A DNA stretch of 64,000 bases from Spirochaetales bacterium. Its GTDB lineage: Bacteria; Spirochaetota; Spirochaetia; DSM-2461. This document shows positions 29,602 through 39,197 of the stretch, piece by piece. Below the pieces are notes generated by a model, which saw nothing but the letters and a program-made list of their open reading frames with translations, had not been told where the DNA came from and made no database searches. Location: positions 426-64,425 of the forward strand of contig JAFGYD010000100.1 of NCBI GenBank assembly GCA_016936295.1, read 5' to 3'. Numbering within the stretch: the first letter of the stretch is position 1; every line of letters begins with the position of its first letter. The position numbers were made by a program, and so were the translations under genes.

Positions 29602-29918
29602 TGGATCAATTTGATGTTCTACTTAACACAAATAAAAATAGTAATAAAGATGTTCCTTTCTTAATAATACTTCAATCGGACCCAATGAATTTATTAGCAA
29701 CTCGAATAGTTGCTCCAATTCGTGAAACATCAAAATATTTTGATCAGATTCTAACCAAATTACATATCTCCATCACTATAAACAACATTAATTATACAAT
29801 CTTTATTTCTGAATTAGCGGCTATTCCAACTAATGTAATTGGTGATAAAATTTTAAATGCAAGCTATCTCAGGGAGGAATGTACAAATGCTCTAGACCTT
29901 CTTTTTACAGGATTTTGA
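29601..29918 (+). CDS. ccdB: CcdB-family toxin (gyrase poison)
   Basis: MxQFDV, PFLIILQSD, TRIVAP and ALDLLFTGF. Coupled to ccdA. Confidence 0.9.
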   Translation: MDQFDVLLNTNKNSNKDVPFLIILQSDPMNLLATRIVAPIRETSKYFDQILTKLHISITINNINYTIFISELAAIPTNVIGDKILNASYLREECTNALDLLFTGF

Positions 29919-30009
29919 TATTTACTCACATTTTCAATTAAATGTGGGAATAAAAAAAGACCGTATACAGACAATTAAGTAATATAATTTACTGAAGGAT
30001 AGATTTTTT

Positions 30010-30414
30010 ATGAAAAAAGTTAGTGTTGCCCCGTGTGGTGTAATTTGTGATATCTGTCAGGGGTTCCAAAGGACAAAAAACAGGTGTGTAGGGTGTAATA
30101 GTGTTGGATTTAAACCAAATCACTGTTCATCTTGCAGCATTAAAACATGCCCTGAAAAATTAGGTGATGAAACTCTTCTGTGTAGCGATTGTAGTAAATT
30201 CCCATGTATTAGAATAAAAAAACTTGATAAGAGATATAGAGAAAAGTATGGTGAGAGCCCTATAGAAAACCTTGAAAATATAAAGAAAATGGGTGCTGAT
30301 GAGTTTATAAATACCGCTCAGGCAAAGTGGACATGTAGTTGTGGAAATTTATTATGTGTACATAGCAATGTTTGTTTAAAATGTGGTAGTAAAAACCCCT
30401 ATTCTCCTAAATAA
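30010..30414 (+). CDS. Cys-rich DUF3795-like protein
   Basis: APCGVICDIC, CVGC, CSIKTC, CSDCSKFPC and a C-terminal Zn-ribbon. Confidence 0.75.
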   Translation: MKKVSVAPCGVICDICQGFQRTKNRCVGCNSVGFKPNHCSSCSIKTCPEKLGDETLLCSDCSKFPCIRIKKLDKRYREKYGESPIENLENIKKMGADEFINTAQAKWTCSCGNLLCVHSNVCLKCGSKNPYSPK

Positions 30415-30421
30415 TAAAGAT

Positions 30422-30450
30422 GGCTGTTACAATTGTCTATTATAACAGCC
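30422..30450. terminator. Hairpin between convergent genes
   Basis: GGCTGTTA...TAACAGCC. Confidence 0.6.
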
Positions 30451-30456
30451 TTATTA

Positions 30457-31437
30457 TTATTTCTGAATGTTTTTGTTTAAATTTCTAGTTGAGAGATATC
30501 TTTGTAGTAATATGAATAATGATATTAATACTCCTATAAAGATCTTAGTCCACCAAGTACTTAAGTTTCCCTGGAAAGTAATTATTGTCTGAATAAGTCC
30601 CAGAATAAGAATACCAATTAGCGTACCTTCAATAAATCCCATACCTCCGGTTAATAAAGTTCCTCCAATTACAACAGCTGCAATAACATCAAGTTCCAAA
30701 CCTGTCCCGGCTAGAGGGTAACCAGCTAGAGTATAAAGAGAATATACTAAGCCCCCTAAAGCACATAGTGTACTATTTAATGTATAAATTAAAACCTTGG
30801 TTTTCCCTACAGGCAGTCCCATTAGAAGTGCTGACTTTTCGTTTCCACCAATAGCATAAACATTCCTACCAAATCTGGTATACCGTAAAAGCAGAACACC
30901 TAAAATTACAGTACAAATAAAAATAATTGCAATAAATGGTATTTTTATTCCTTTATTTAAATGTATAGCTATACTAGACAGTTTAAGAAATGTTTCATCC
31001 CTAATGGGTACAGAATCTAAGCTTATTACAAATGATAAGCCCCTTGCAAGAAACATCCCTACAAGTGTAACAAGAAATGGAGGTAGTTCAAGGAAATGAA
31101 TAAGGGAGCCCATTGAGAACCCAAATAATGCACCACTTAGTAAACAGATGATAATTACAACAACAGGATCTAACGAAGTGTTTGCTAAAAGATTTGCACT
31201 TAAAACCCCTGTAAAAGCTACAAATGAACCTACAGAAAGATCAATTCCACCAGAAATAATTACAAAGGTCATTCCTACCGCAATAATTCCTACAAAAGCA
31301 TTATCTATAAATAGATTAATAAAAACTCTCGGTGAGAAAAAACCACGGTACATAAAAGCACCTGCAACATAGATAATAATAAACACTAATAGGGTTGTTA
31401 AAAGAGGTATATTTTTTTGATTTAGTTTAAATTTCAT
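30457..31437 (-). CDS. yjfF: Sugar ABC permease, YjfF-like
   Basis: DNAFVGI, GGIDLSVG, ELDVIAAVVIGGTLLTGG and WWTKI. Confidence 0.85.
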   Translation of the reverse strand: MKFKLNQKNIPLLTTLLVFIIIYVAGAFMYRGFFSPRVFINLFIDNAFVGIIAVGMTFVIISGGIDLSVGSFVAFTGVLSANLLANTSLDPVVVIIICLLSGALFGFSMGSLIHFLELPPFLVTLVGMFLARGLSFVISLDSVPIRDETFLKLSSIAIHLNKGIKIPFIAIIFICTVILGVLLLRYTRFGRNVYAIGGNEKSALLMGLPVGKTKVLIYTLNSTLCALGGLVYSLYTLAGYPLAGTGLELDVIAAVVIGGTLLTGGMGFIEGTLIGILILGLIQTIITFQGNLSTWWTKIFIGVLISLFILLQRYLSTRNLNKNIQK

Positions 31438-32465
31438 TATTTTCTCCCTCGTTTTAACAAATCTTTTAGTTGTGCTCTTAGTTTTTCTGATTGAATTAAT
31501 GCCACAATAATAATTATAAAAGCTTTAAATACTAACACCACTTGTGGAGGAATTCCTCTGGTTATTATTGTTGTTGATAATGCCTGAATTATTAGTGCTC
31601 CTATTATTGAACCGGCTAGGGAAAATCGTCCTCCATTTATTGTTCCTCCAATTATTACAGAGGCAATGGCATCCAGTTCTAGGAATAATCCTGCATTATT
31701 TGCATCTGCCGCCTGAATATCGGAGCAAACAATAATACCTGCCAATCCAGCACAAAATCCCGAAAACCCATATGTTAATGTTTTCATCATTTTTACTTTA
31801 ATACCCATATAGTGGCTTGCTAAAGGATTAGCACCTATGGCTTCTATAAATAGTCCTATAGATGTTTTTCTAGTTAAAAGCCATGTTATAAAAGTAAGTA
31901 AAATAACCAGGATAATTGGAAAAGGGATACCAAATAAGAATCCACTTCCAATAAATTGAAAAGACTCATGTTCAAATACAATAATTAATCCATGGGTTAT
32001 TAATTGAGCAATCCCTCTACCTGCTGTCATTAGTATTAATGTTGCGATTATTGGTTGAACTCCTATAAAGGCAACAAGAAACCCATTCCATAAACCTAAA
32101 ATTATAGAAATTAATAATGGTATTGATAACACAATAAATAGAGATGTAGTATTCCCATATTCAATAATCCCCTTTATATAATCAGGTCTTATTAACTGGG
32201 CTGATAGTGCACCGGAAATTGCCATTATAGCTCCAACCGATAGATCTACTCCTCCAGTTGCATAAACCAGAGTCATTCCAATTGTAATCAGCATTACAGG
32301 GGCTCCTCTGTTTAGAATATCAATTAAGGAACCAAACAGATGTCCGTTTTTTATTTGAATACTAAAAAATCCATCTGTAAAAAACAGATTAAACAGGAGT
32401 ATGGCTGACAAAGCTAATAGTGGATATAATAAATTCTTGTCTGCATTTTTTAATAAAGGTTTCAT
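31437..32465 (-). CDS. ytfT: Sugar ABC permease, YtfT-like
   Basis: GHLFGSLIDILNR, QPIIATLILM and ADANNAGLFLELDAI. Confidence 0.85.
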   Translation of the reverse strand: MKPLLKNADKNLLYPLLALSAILLFNLFFTDGFFSIQIKNGHLFGSLIDILNRGAPVMLITIGMTLVYATGGVDLSVGAIMAISGALSAQLIRPDYIKGIIEYGNTTSLFIVLSIPLLISIILGLWNGFLVAFIGVQPIIATLILMTAGRGIAQLITHGLIIVFEHESFQFIGSGFLFGIPFPIILVILLTFITWLLTRKTSIGLFIEAIGANPLASHYMGIKVKMMKTLTYGFSGFCAGLAGIIVCSDIQAADANNAGLFLELDAIASVIIGGTINGGRFSLAGSIIGALIIQALSTTIITRGIPPQVVLVFKAFIIIIVALIQSEKLRAQLKDLLKRGRK

Positions 32466-33997
32466 AGCTCGTAACCATCCTTAGCAATATAGTTCATTAT
32501 CGTGTTCTCCGTTAGTTTCTCTCCATAAAGTTCTCCAATTTTTTTTCTATCTTTTAAAATAGCAGCTCTGGAACAACATCTTATTACTTCATCTAATTCC
32601 GATGATATAAACAAAACAGACATATTATCTTCACTCATTTTATTTATAAGTTTTTCTATTTCTGATTTAGCACCAATATCTATACCTCTGGTTGGTTCAT
32701 CCAGAATTAACAATTTTGGATTCATAGCTAACCATCTAGCAAGGATTAATTTTTGCTGATTCCCTCCACTTAGTGTTCCTGCCATTTGCTCTAATCCTGA
32801 AACTTTAATTTGAAGGAGTTTAATAAATTTTGAAGTTATATCTTCCTGTTCCTTTCTTTTTAATCCATGTAAAATTCCATTTTTTGCTTGTAGGGCAAGA
32901 ACAATATTTTCTCTAACAGTTAGATCAGGTATTATTCCTTCAGTCTTCCTGTCTTCAGGGCAAAATGCCAAAGAGTGGGATATTGCATCTCTAGGAGACT
33001 TAATATTTACCAGGTTGCCATTAATATTAATATATCCACTTGTGTGTTTATCTATTCCAAAAAGAATTTTTGCCATTTCAGTTCTACCAGAACCTAATAA
33101 CCCTACAAGTCCAAGAACTTCGCCTTCCCTTATATCCATATCAAATCGTGACAAAACACCTTTTCTTTCAATCCCTTCCATTTTAACAAACATTTTTTTG
33201 TCATTGTGGTAGTAATCTCTATGAATTTTATTATTAAGTTCATTAATATCTGTAATTTCTTTCCCAAGCATTTTTGAAATAAGTTTAAGTTTTGGCAGCT
33301 CTTTAATTGGATATTCCCCCACAAATGAACCATTTCTAAGAACTGTTATATAGTCTGAATTTTGGTAAACTTGATCTAGGAAATGAGTTATAAAAATAAT
33401 CCCCATTCCTTCTTCTTTTAGTTTATTCATAATACTAAATAATTGCTCACACTCTGCTAAGTCCAGGCTGGATGTTGGCTCATCCAATATTAGTATTTTA
33501 GCTTTTATATCTAAAGATCTGGCAATCGCAATCATCTGCTGAATAGCAATAGAATATTGGGATAGTTGTATTGTAACATCAATGTCTATATCAAGCTTTT
33601 TAAGTGCTTCTTTTGCTTTCTGGTTCATGAGCTTCCAATCAACCATACCAAACTTCATAGGCTGTCTTCCTATAAATATATTTTCTGCAACTGAAAGATT
33701 TGGTACTAAATTAATTTCCTGATAAACAGTACTTATGCCTTTACTTGAAGCATCCATGGGGGAGGATGATTCAAAATCTAGTCCATCTACTTTTATGGAG
33801 CCCTTATCTTTTTTATGTAATCCAGTTAATACTTTAATCAGGGTTGATTTTCCTGCTCCATTCTCACCCATTAATGCGTGTATTTCACCACGCCGCAGGG
33901 TGAAATTAACAGAATCAAGAGCTTTCACACCGGGAAAGCTCTTGCTCAAACCCCTGATTTCAACTAGCTGAGAACTATCAGCTTTTAAATCAGGCAT
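32462..33997 (-). CDS. ytfR: CUT2 sugar ABC ATPase with tandem NBDs, YtfR-like
   Basis: GENGAGKST, LSGGNQQK and DEPTRGIDIGAK. Confidence 0.88.
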   Translation of the reverse strand: MPDLKADSSQLVEIRGLSKSFPGVKALDSVNFTLRRGEIHALMGENGAGKSTLIKVLTGLHKKDKGSIKVDGLDFESSSPMDASSKGISTVYQEINLVPNLSVAENIFIGRQPMKFGMVDWKLMNQKAKEALKKLDIDIDVTIQLSQYSIAIQQMIAIARSLDIKAKILILDEPTSSLDLAECEQLFSIMNKLKEEGMGIIFITHFLDQVYQNSDYITVLRNGSFVGEYPIKELPKLKLISKMLGKEITDINELNNKIHRDYYHNDKKMFVKMEGIERKGVLSRFDMDIREGEVLGLVGLLGSGRTEMAKILFGIDKHTSGYININGNLVNIKSPRDAISHSLAFCPEDRKTEGIIPDLTVRENIVLALQAKNGILHGLKRKEQEDITSKFIKLLQIKVSGLEQMAGTLSGGNQQKLILARWLAMNPKLLILDEPTRGIDIGAKSEIEKLINKMSEDNMSVLFISSELDEVIRCCSRAAILKDRKKIGELYGEKLTENTIMNYIAKDGYEL

Positions 33998-34011
33998 TTA
34001 TTTCTCCCTTA

Positions 34012-34977
34012 TTAATATGCTCTACTGTCTATAACTTTAGCTGCAACTTCCATAGGGAAAACATCTTCTTTTGTTACAATCCGTTTTGGAATCTTTTCTC
34101 CACGCATTAATGCTTCTGCTGCATCGAATAGTTGTGGTCCTAGTAACGGACTACACTCAACAGTAACATTTAATTTACCTGCTACCATTGCTTCAAATGC
34201 TCCTCTTACTGCATCGATAGAAACAATAATTATATCTTTTCCAGGGATTAAACCATACTCCTCTATAGCTTGAATTGCTCCAATAGCCATATCGTCATTA
34301 TGTGCAAATAGAACATTTATATTGTCACCTTCTGCTTTTAAAAATGCTTCCATTACTTCTTTTCCGCCAGATCTTGTAAAGTCACCACTTTGAGTTTTGA
34401 TTATTTTCATCCCTGGTTGACTTTTAATAACTTCTTCAAAACCTGTTTTTCTATCTATTGCAGGAGCAGATCCTACGGTTCCTTGTAATTCTACAATATT
34501 AACATCTGTTAAACCTTTTTCTATTAACCATCGAGCAGCTTTTCTACCCTCTTCGACAAAGTCAGAACCCATGAATGTAACCCAAAGTGAATCATCGGCT
34601 ACATCAACTGCACGGTCAGTTAATATAACTGGAATACCCGCTTCTTTTGCTTCTTTTAAAACAGCTTCAAATCCTGTTTCAACGACAGGTGAAAAGGCTA
34701 TAACATCAACACCTTGTGCAATAAATGTTCTAATAGCTTTAATTTGATTTTCCTGTTTTTGTTGTGCATCTGAAAATTTTAAAACAATATTTGACCTTTT
34801 TGCAGCCTCACTTTGTATTGATTCTGTGTTTGCTACTCGCCAAGCACTCTCTGCACCAATTTGTGAAAACCCAACAACAATTTTCCCGTCATCTTCTTTT
34901 TGCCCATTTGCAAATAAACCAGGAATACACATAATCATCATTAACATAACTGTTAATACTTTTAACGATCTTTTCAA
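34012..34977 (-). CDS. ytfQ: Furanose sugar-binding protein, YtfQ-like (start re-placed at TTG 34977)
   Basis: VGFSQIGAESAWR, DAQQKQENQIKA and HNDDMAIGA. AGGAG RBS lies before the TTG; LFANG signal peptide. Confidence 0.88.
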   Translation of the reverse strand: MKRSLKVLTVMLMMIMCIPGLFANGQKEDDGKIVVGFSQIGAESAWRVANTESIQSEAAKRSNIVLKFSDAQQKQENQIKAIRTFIAQGVDVIAFSPVVETGFEAVLKEAKEAGIPVILTDRAVDVADDSLWVTFMGSDFVEEGRKAARWLIEKGLTDVNIVELQGTVGSAPAIDRKTGFEEVIKSQPGMKIIKTQSGDFTRSGGKEVMEAFLKAEGDNINVLFAHNDDMAIGAIQAIEEYGLIPGKDIIIVSIDAVRGAFEAMVAGKLNVTVECSPLLGPQLFDAAEALMRGEKIPKRIVTKEDVFPMEVAAKVIDSRAY

Positions 34978-35012
34978 TTCTAACTCCTTTAATAATATAA
35001 TAATTTTTACAT

Positions 35013-35029
35013 TGCAATTGGTATGCCAA
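35013..35029 (-). promoter_or_regulatory. sigma54 (-24/-12) promoter of the ytfQ operon
   Basis: TTGGCAT-accaa-TTGCA, 35 nt upstream of the re-placed start and next to an NtrC-type gene. Confidence 0.85.
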
Positions 35030-35081
35030 TCGTTACTAGCATCAATATAACTCCATATAAGGGTTTTAGCCATAAAAAATA

Positions 35082-35142
35082 TTGACAACTCAATAGGTCG
35101 GGTGTATAAAATTTACACACTCTGTTTTTTGTTGTGTGTAAA
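35082..35142 (+). promoter_or_regulatory. sigma70 promoter of the regulator overlapped by candidate activator-binding inverted repeats
   Basis: TTGACA-N17-TATAAA. GTGTA-N7-TACAC at 35102-35118 and TTTACACAC...GTGTGTAAA at 35112-35142. Confidence 0.6.
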
Positions 35143-35150
35143 AAGGAAGC

Positions 35151-36485
35151 ATGATTTTGTCCAAATCCATATTAATAATTGATGATAATGTTAAATTATG
35201 TAAAAGTTTAAGTAGAAATTTTGAGCATTTAGGATACTCTGTTTTCAATAAATTCTGCAGTAACGATGCTATGGAACATATAAAGAGATATGTTCCGGAA
35301 GTTGTTTTATTAGATGTAGCTTTAGGGGATGAGAGCGGAATTGATCTTTTAAATGAGATTAAATTATATAACCATTTTATTCCTGTTATAATGATTACGG
35401 GTTATGGAACAATTGAAATAGCAGTTAAAGCTATAAAGTTGGGTGCTTTTGATTTTATTCAAAAGCCGCTTGAGTTTAATAAATTATTAGTCATTGTTGA
35501 AAATGCAATAAAAATGAGAAGTTTGAATATGGAGAATATAAATTTTAAAAATAAAATTTCTTCATTAAGCCGAGGTATAGTATCATCAAATAAAAAAATT
35601 CTTGAAATATTAAAAAAAGCAAACAAATTAGCTAATACTGATTTACCTGTATTAATTCAGGGAGAAAGTGGTACAGGAAAAGAGGGATTAGCAGAGTATA
35701 TACATAATAATTCAAATAGAAGCAGTAAGGATTTAGTAAAAATTAATTGCTCTGCATTCCCGGAAAATTTGTTAGACAACGAACTTTTTGGGCATGAGAA
35801 AGGAGCATATACTGGTGCACACACTAAGTTTAAAGGTGTATTTGAAAAAGCAGATGGAGGTACACTTCTACTTGATGAAATTGGGGATATGTCACTTCAG
35901 ACTCAGGCTAAAATACTAAGAACTTTGCAAAATAATGAAATTAGAAGGATTGGTTCCGAGGAGAATACAATAATAAATGTGCGTTTTATAGCTTCTACAA
36001 ATAAGGATTTAAAAGAACTAATAAAACAAAATTTATTTAGAGAAGATCTCTACTACAGGCTTTCCACAGCAACGCTTTACCTTCCCCCTCTAAGTGAAAG
36101 AATTGATGATATTCCTCTTTTGGTTGAACATTTTCTTGAAGACATAAATAAAAACAGACCCTCCGGAAATGTTGAATGCACCGAGGATTTTCTAAAGATT
36201 TTAATCGATCACAACTGGAGGGGTAATATTAGAGAGCTAAAAAATATAGTAAACTATTCTGCTGCAATATGTATGGGTAATAAGTTAGGCATTGAAGATC
36301 TACCCCCAACATTTCTCGGTGATCCCCAAGTAAAAGTATCTTATGATCTTATAAAAGATAATGAAAAGGGGCTAATAATTAAGACTCTTCAAAAGACTAA
36401 TAATAATAAAAAAGCAACTTCTGAAATATTAAAAATAAGTAGAAAAACCCTTTATAATAAAATGGAAAAATATGGAATCTCATAG
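35151..36485 (+). CDS. NtrC-family sigma54-dependent response regulator
   Basis: REC domain (IDDN, LLDV, KP), GESGTGKE, GAYTGA, LDEIG, FREDLYYRL and a Fis-type HTH. Confidence 0.95.
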   Translation: MILSKSILIIDDNVKLCKSLSRNFEHLGYSVFNKFCSNDAMEHIKRYVPEVVLLDVALGDESGIDLLNEIKLYNHFIPVIMITGYGTIEIAVKAIKLGAFDFIQKPLEFNKLLVIVENAIKMRSLNMENINFKNKISSLSRGIVSSNKKILEILKKANKLANTDLPVLIQGESGTGKEGLAEYIHNNSNRSSKDLVKINCSAFPENLLDNELFGHEKGAYTGAHTKFKGVFEKADGGTLLLDEIGDMSLQTQAKILRTLQNNEIRRIGSEENTIINVRFIASTNKDLKELIKQNLFREDLYYRLSTATLYLPPLSERIDDIPLLVEHFLEDINKNRPSGNVECTEDFLKILIDHNWRGNIRELKNIVNYSAAICMGNKLGIEDLPPTFLGDPQVKVSYDLIKDNEKGLIIKTLQKTNNNKKATSEILKISRKTLYNKMEKYGIS

Positions 36486-38304
36486 AAAAACTCCTATAGT
36501 TTCATTGTTAAATGTAAAACTATACAGGGAGGGGCATAAAGTTCTGGATAATATTTCAATTGAGTTATACCCCGGCGAAATTCATGCAATTGTTGGAGAT
36601 CACGATTCGGGGAAAACATATATAGGAGAAATACTCTCTGGTGTATATCAGCCTAGTGATGGGTATATTTATTTAGATAATGTAAAGCGTGACTACCTTT
36701 CTATTGCAAAATCTCAAGAGTGGGGTATACATACTATTCATCAGGATACTCACTTAATAGATAATTTTACGATTGCTGAAAATCTATTTACACCGTCATT
36801 TCCCAAAGCCAAATTCCCAAAAAATAAAAATAAGATGCTTGCTGAAGCTATAGGGATATTTAAGAGATTTAATATTGATATTGATCCAGGAAGACTATTT
36901 AAAGATCTATATCTATCTGAAAAAATAGTTGTAAATATTATAAGGGCACTTATTAGAAATCCCAGATTACTAATTCTTGATGAATCTTTAGATAAGCTAT
37001 CCCTAACCGATTTACAAAAAATAAGTAATATTCTTTATGAAAATATAAAACAAAACCTGTCTGTTTTATGCCTCTCCCATAAGATAGATGATATATATAA
37101 TTTTGCAGATTTTGTTTCAATATTAAGAAGTGGAAAAATATTTATAACAGACTCTGTAGATAATATAGATCGACTAAATTTAATTAAACTTTGTTATTAT
37201 CAGATTAATAGTGATGAAGATCTTTCTAATACTAGTAAAGAATTTTACCAACTTCTAAAGTATAACGAAGCAATACTTCAAAAGCTGCCTACTAATTTAA
37301 TAGTAACTGATGATCATAACAATATTAAATTGATTAACGAAACAGGTAAAAAGTTTTTTCTTATTGAGGATAAAAATTTCCGGGGAGAAAAACTCGATGT
37401 TTTAATAACAAACGAAAATAGAACACTGTTAAATTATCTTTATGATGCATTATATGAGAAAAAAGAGAGTTCACATTACAATTTACCCCTTTACATTGCC
37501 GGCATTGTTAAAGTAATTAATTTTAAAACATTTCCTATTTACGATGGCTCATTCCTTATTGGAAACATCATAATAATAGAGGATATCTCGGAACAGGAAA
37601 AACTTAGAGAACAGATAAATCTTTCAGAAAAATTAGCATCTGTTGGTTTATTGGCTGCAGGTGTTGCACATGAAATAAATAATCCGCTTGAAATAATATA
37701 TAATCATTTAAATTATCTAAATATAGGAGCAAAAGAAAAAGAACATAAAGAGATAATTTTAGAAATTGAAGAGGAGTTAAGGGATATAAAAGCTATTGTT
37801 AGTAATTTAATCTCTTTTTCAGACAACAATAATGCATCTAGTGAGATATACAATTTAAATGATCTTATTTTTAGTTTAATAAATCTTATTCGTTTTAATG
37901 CAAAGCATAAGCAGATTACAATTCTGTTTAATCCCATTGATAGTGATATTATGATTCAAACTAGTAAGAATGAGATGAAACAGGTTCTTCTTAATTTAAT
38001 GAAAAATAGCTTTGAAGCAATGCCTAATGGTGGAAATATTCAAATACAGACAAAAGTTGAAAACAGAGCTGGGTCTTCTTGTGCTGTAATTTTAATTGAT
38101 GATAATGGTTGCGGAATTGATGAAAAAAATTCCAGGGATATATTCCTTCCCTTTTTTTCTACCAAGAAGAAAAATGAACACAATATGGGGCTTGGGTTAT
38201 CTGTAATCTATGGTATTATTAAAAAATATAAAGGTGAAATTTCGGCTTCAAATAGACCTAGTGGAGGTACTCGTTTTAAAATCATCCTTCCCTGTATTTG
38301 CTAG
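36472..38304 (+). CDS. Histidine kinase with a fused N-terminal sugar-ABC ATPase-like domain and PAS
   Basis: GEIHAIVGDHDSGKT, HQD, IAENLF, LLILDE and SHK, then a PAS-like segment, AHEINNPL, NLMKNS, DNGCGI, PFFSTK and GLGL. No TM helix. Confidence 0.92.
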   Translation: MESHRKTPIVSLLNVKLYREGHKVLDNISIELYPGEIHAIVGDHDSGKTYIGEILSGVYQPSDGYIYLDNVKRDYLSIAKSQEWGIHTIHQDTHLIDNFTIAENLFTPSFPKAKFPKNKNKMLAEAIGIFKRFNIDIDPGRLFKDLYLSEKIVVNIIRALIRNPRLLILDESLDKLSLTDLQKISNILYENIKQNLSVLCLSHKIDDIYNFADFVSILRSGKIFITDSVDNIDRLNLIKLCYYQINSDEDLSNTSKEFYQLLKYNEAILQKLPTNLIVTDDHNNIKLINETGKKFFLIEDKNFRGEKLDVLITNENRTLLNYLYDALYEKKESSHYNLPLYIAGIVKVINFKTFPIYDGSFLIGNIIIIEDISEQEKLREQINLSEKLASVGLLAAGVAHEINNPLEIIYNHLNYLNIGAKEKEHKEIILEIEEELRDIKAIVSNLISFSDNNNASSEIYNLNDLIFSLINLIRFNAKHKQITILFNPIDSDIMIQTSKNEMKQVLLNLMKNSFEAMPNGGNIQIQTKVENRAGSSCAVILIDDNGCGIDEKNSRDIFLPFFSTKKKNEHNMGLGLSVIYGIIKKYKGEISASNRPSGGTRFKIILPCIC

Positions 38305-39067
38305 GAGAAATCCCTGTATGCTTTTTGAATTGTTTTGAAAACTGATAAATATCATCGTAACCTACAGTTGCAGCAATTGCAGAAATAGGTTGTGAACTTG
38401 ATGCTAAGTAGTGTTTGGCTATATTGAATCTCTCATTTAAAAGATCCTCTTTTGGAGATGTTCCAAAAAAGTATTTGTATAAAAAACTAAAACGGGATGA
38501 ACTTAATCCAGAAAGATTTGCTAATTGGGGTAGACTCCATTTTTTTGAAATAGAGGATAACATGGTTGTTCTTATATCACGAAAGGATAGCTCCAGGTCA
38601 TGGTAATACGGGTTTTGTTTGTGATCATTATTTCTATTATGCTCCCTTGATAATTCTATAAAGAAATTATTTATTAAATTACTAATAACTGCTTTGTATT
38701 CAATGTCTTTCATTAAATATTCTTTTTCAATCTCTAGTATCCTATTGTGAATCTGTATAGGGTTTTTAATTTTTAAAGGTTTATTTATGGGGAATTTTAA
38801 TAAATTCAGGTCATTTTCAAAATTTGCTTTAGAAAAATGGAACCAGTCATTATCAAATCCATTAACTGGATGGTGATAAAATTGTGGTGTATTTGGAGAA
38901 AAAAGTATAGCTGTTCCAGGTGATAGAATATTAGTTTTCCCATTAGTTACCAAATAGACGTCTGTGTGGAAAAGTAAAAAAAGAAAGTTCTGGGATCCGG
39001 AAGGCCTATCTATAATTAGGTTTTTATCTTCTTTGTAATGTGTGCCAATATATTCAAGATTTATCAA
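38282..39067 (-). CDS. AraC-family transcriptional regulator (start re-placed at TTG 39067)
   Basis: Cupin-like N-terminal domain, C-terminal VGYDDIYQFSKQFKKHTGISP and an AGGAG RBS. Confidence 0.9.
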   Translation of the reverse strand: MINLEYIGTHYKEDKNLIIDRPSGSQNFLFLLFHTDVYLVTNGKTNILSPGTAILFSPNTPQFYHHPVNGFDNDWFHFSKANFENDLNLLKFPINKPLKIKNPIQIHNRILEIEKEYLMKDIEYKAVISNLINNFFIELSREHNRNNDHKQNPYYHDLELSFRDIRTTMLSSISKKWSLPQLANLSGLSSSRFSFLYKYFFGTSPKEDLLNERFNIAKHYLASSSQPISAIAATVGYDDIYQFSKQFKKHTGISPSKYREG

Positions 39068-39197
39068 AAATATCTCCTTTGTAGGATAAAATGACAAATT
39101 AAAAGTTAAAAATAACATTTTAAATTATATATTTCGGGTTTACATTTTAACTATAATTTCTTGGTTTAACAAGAAATAAATAGAAAGGAGAAATAAA

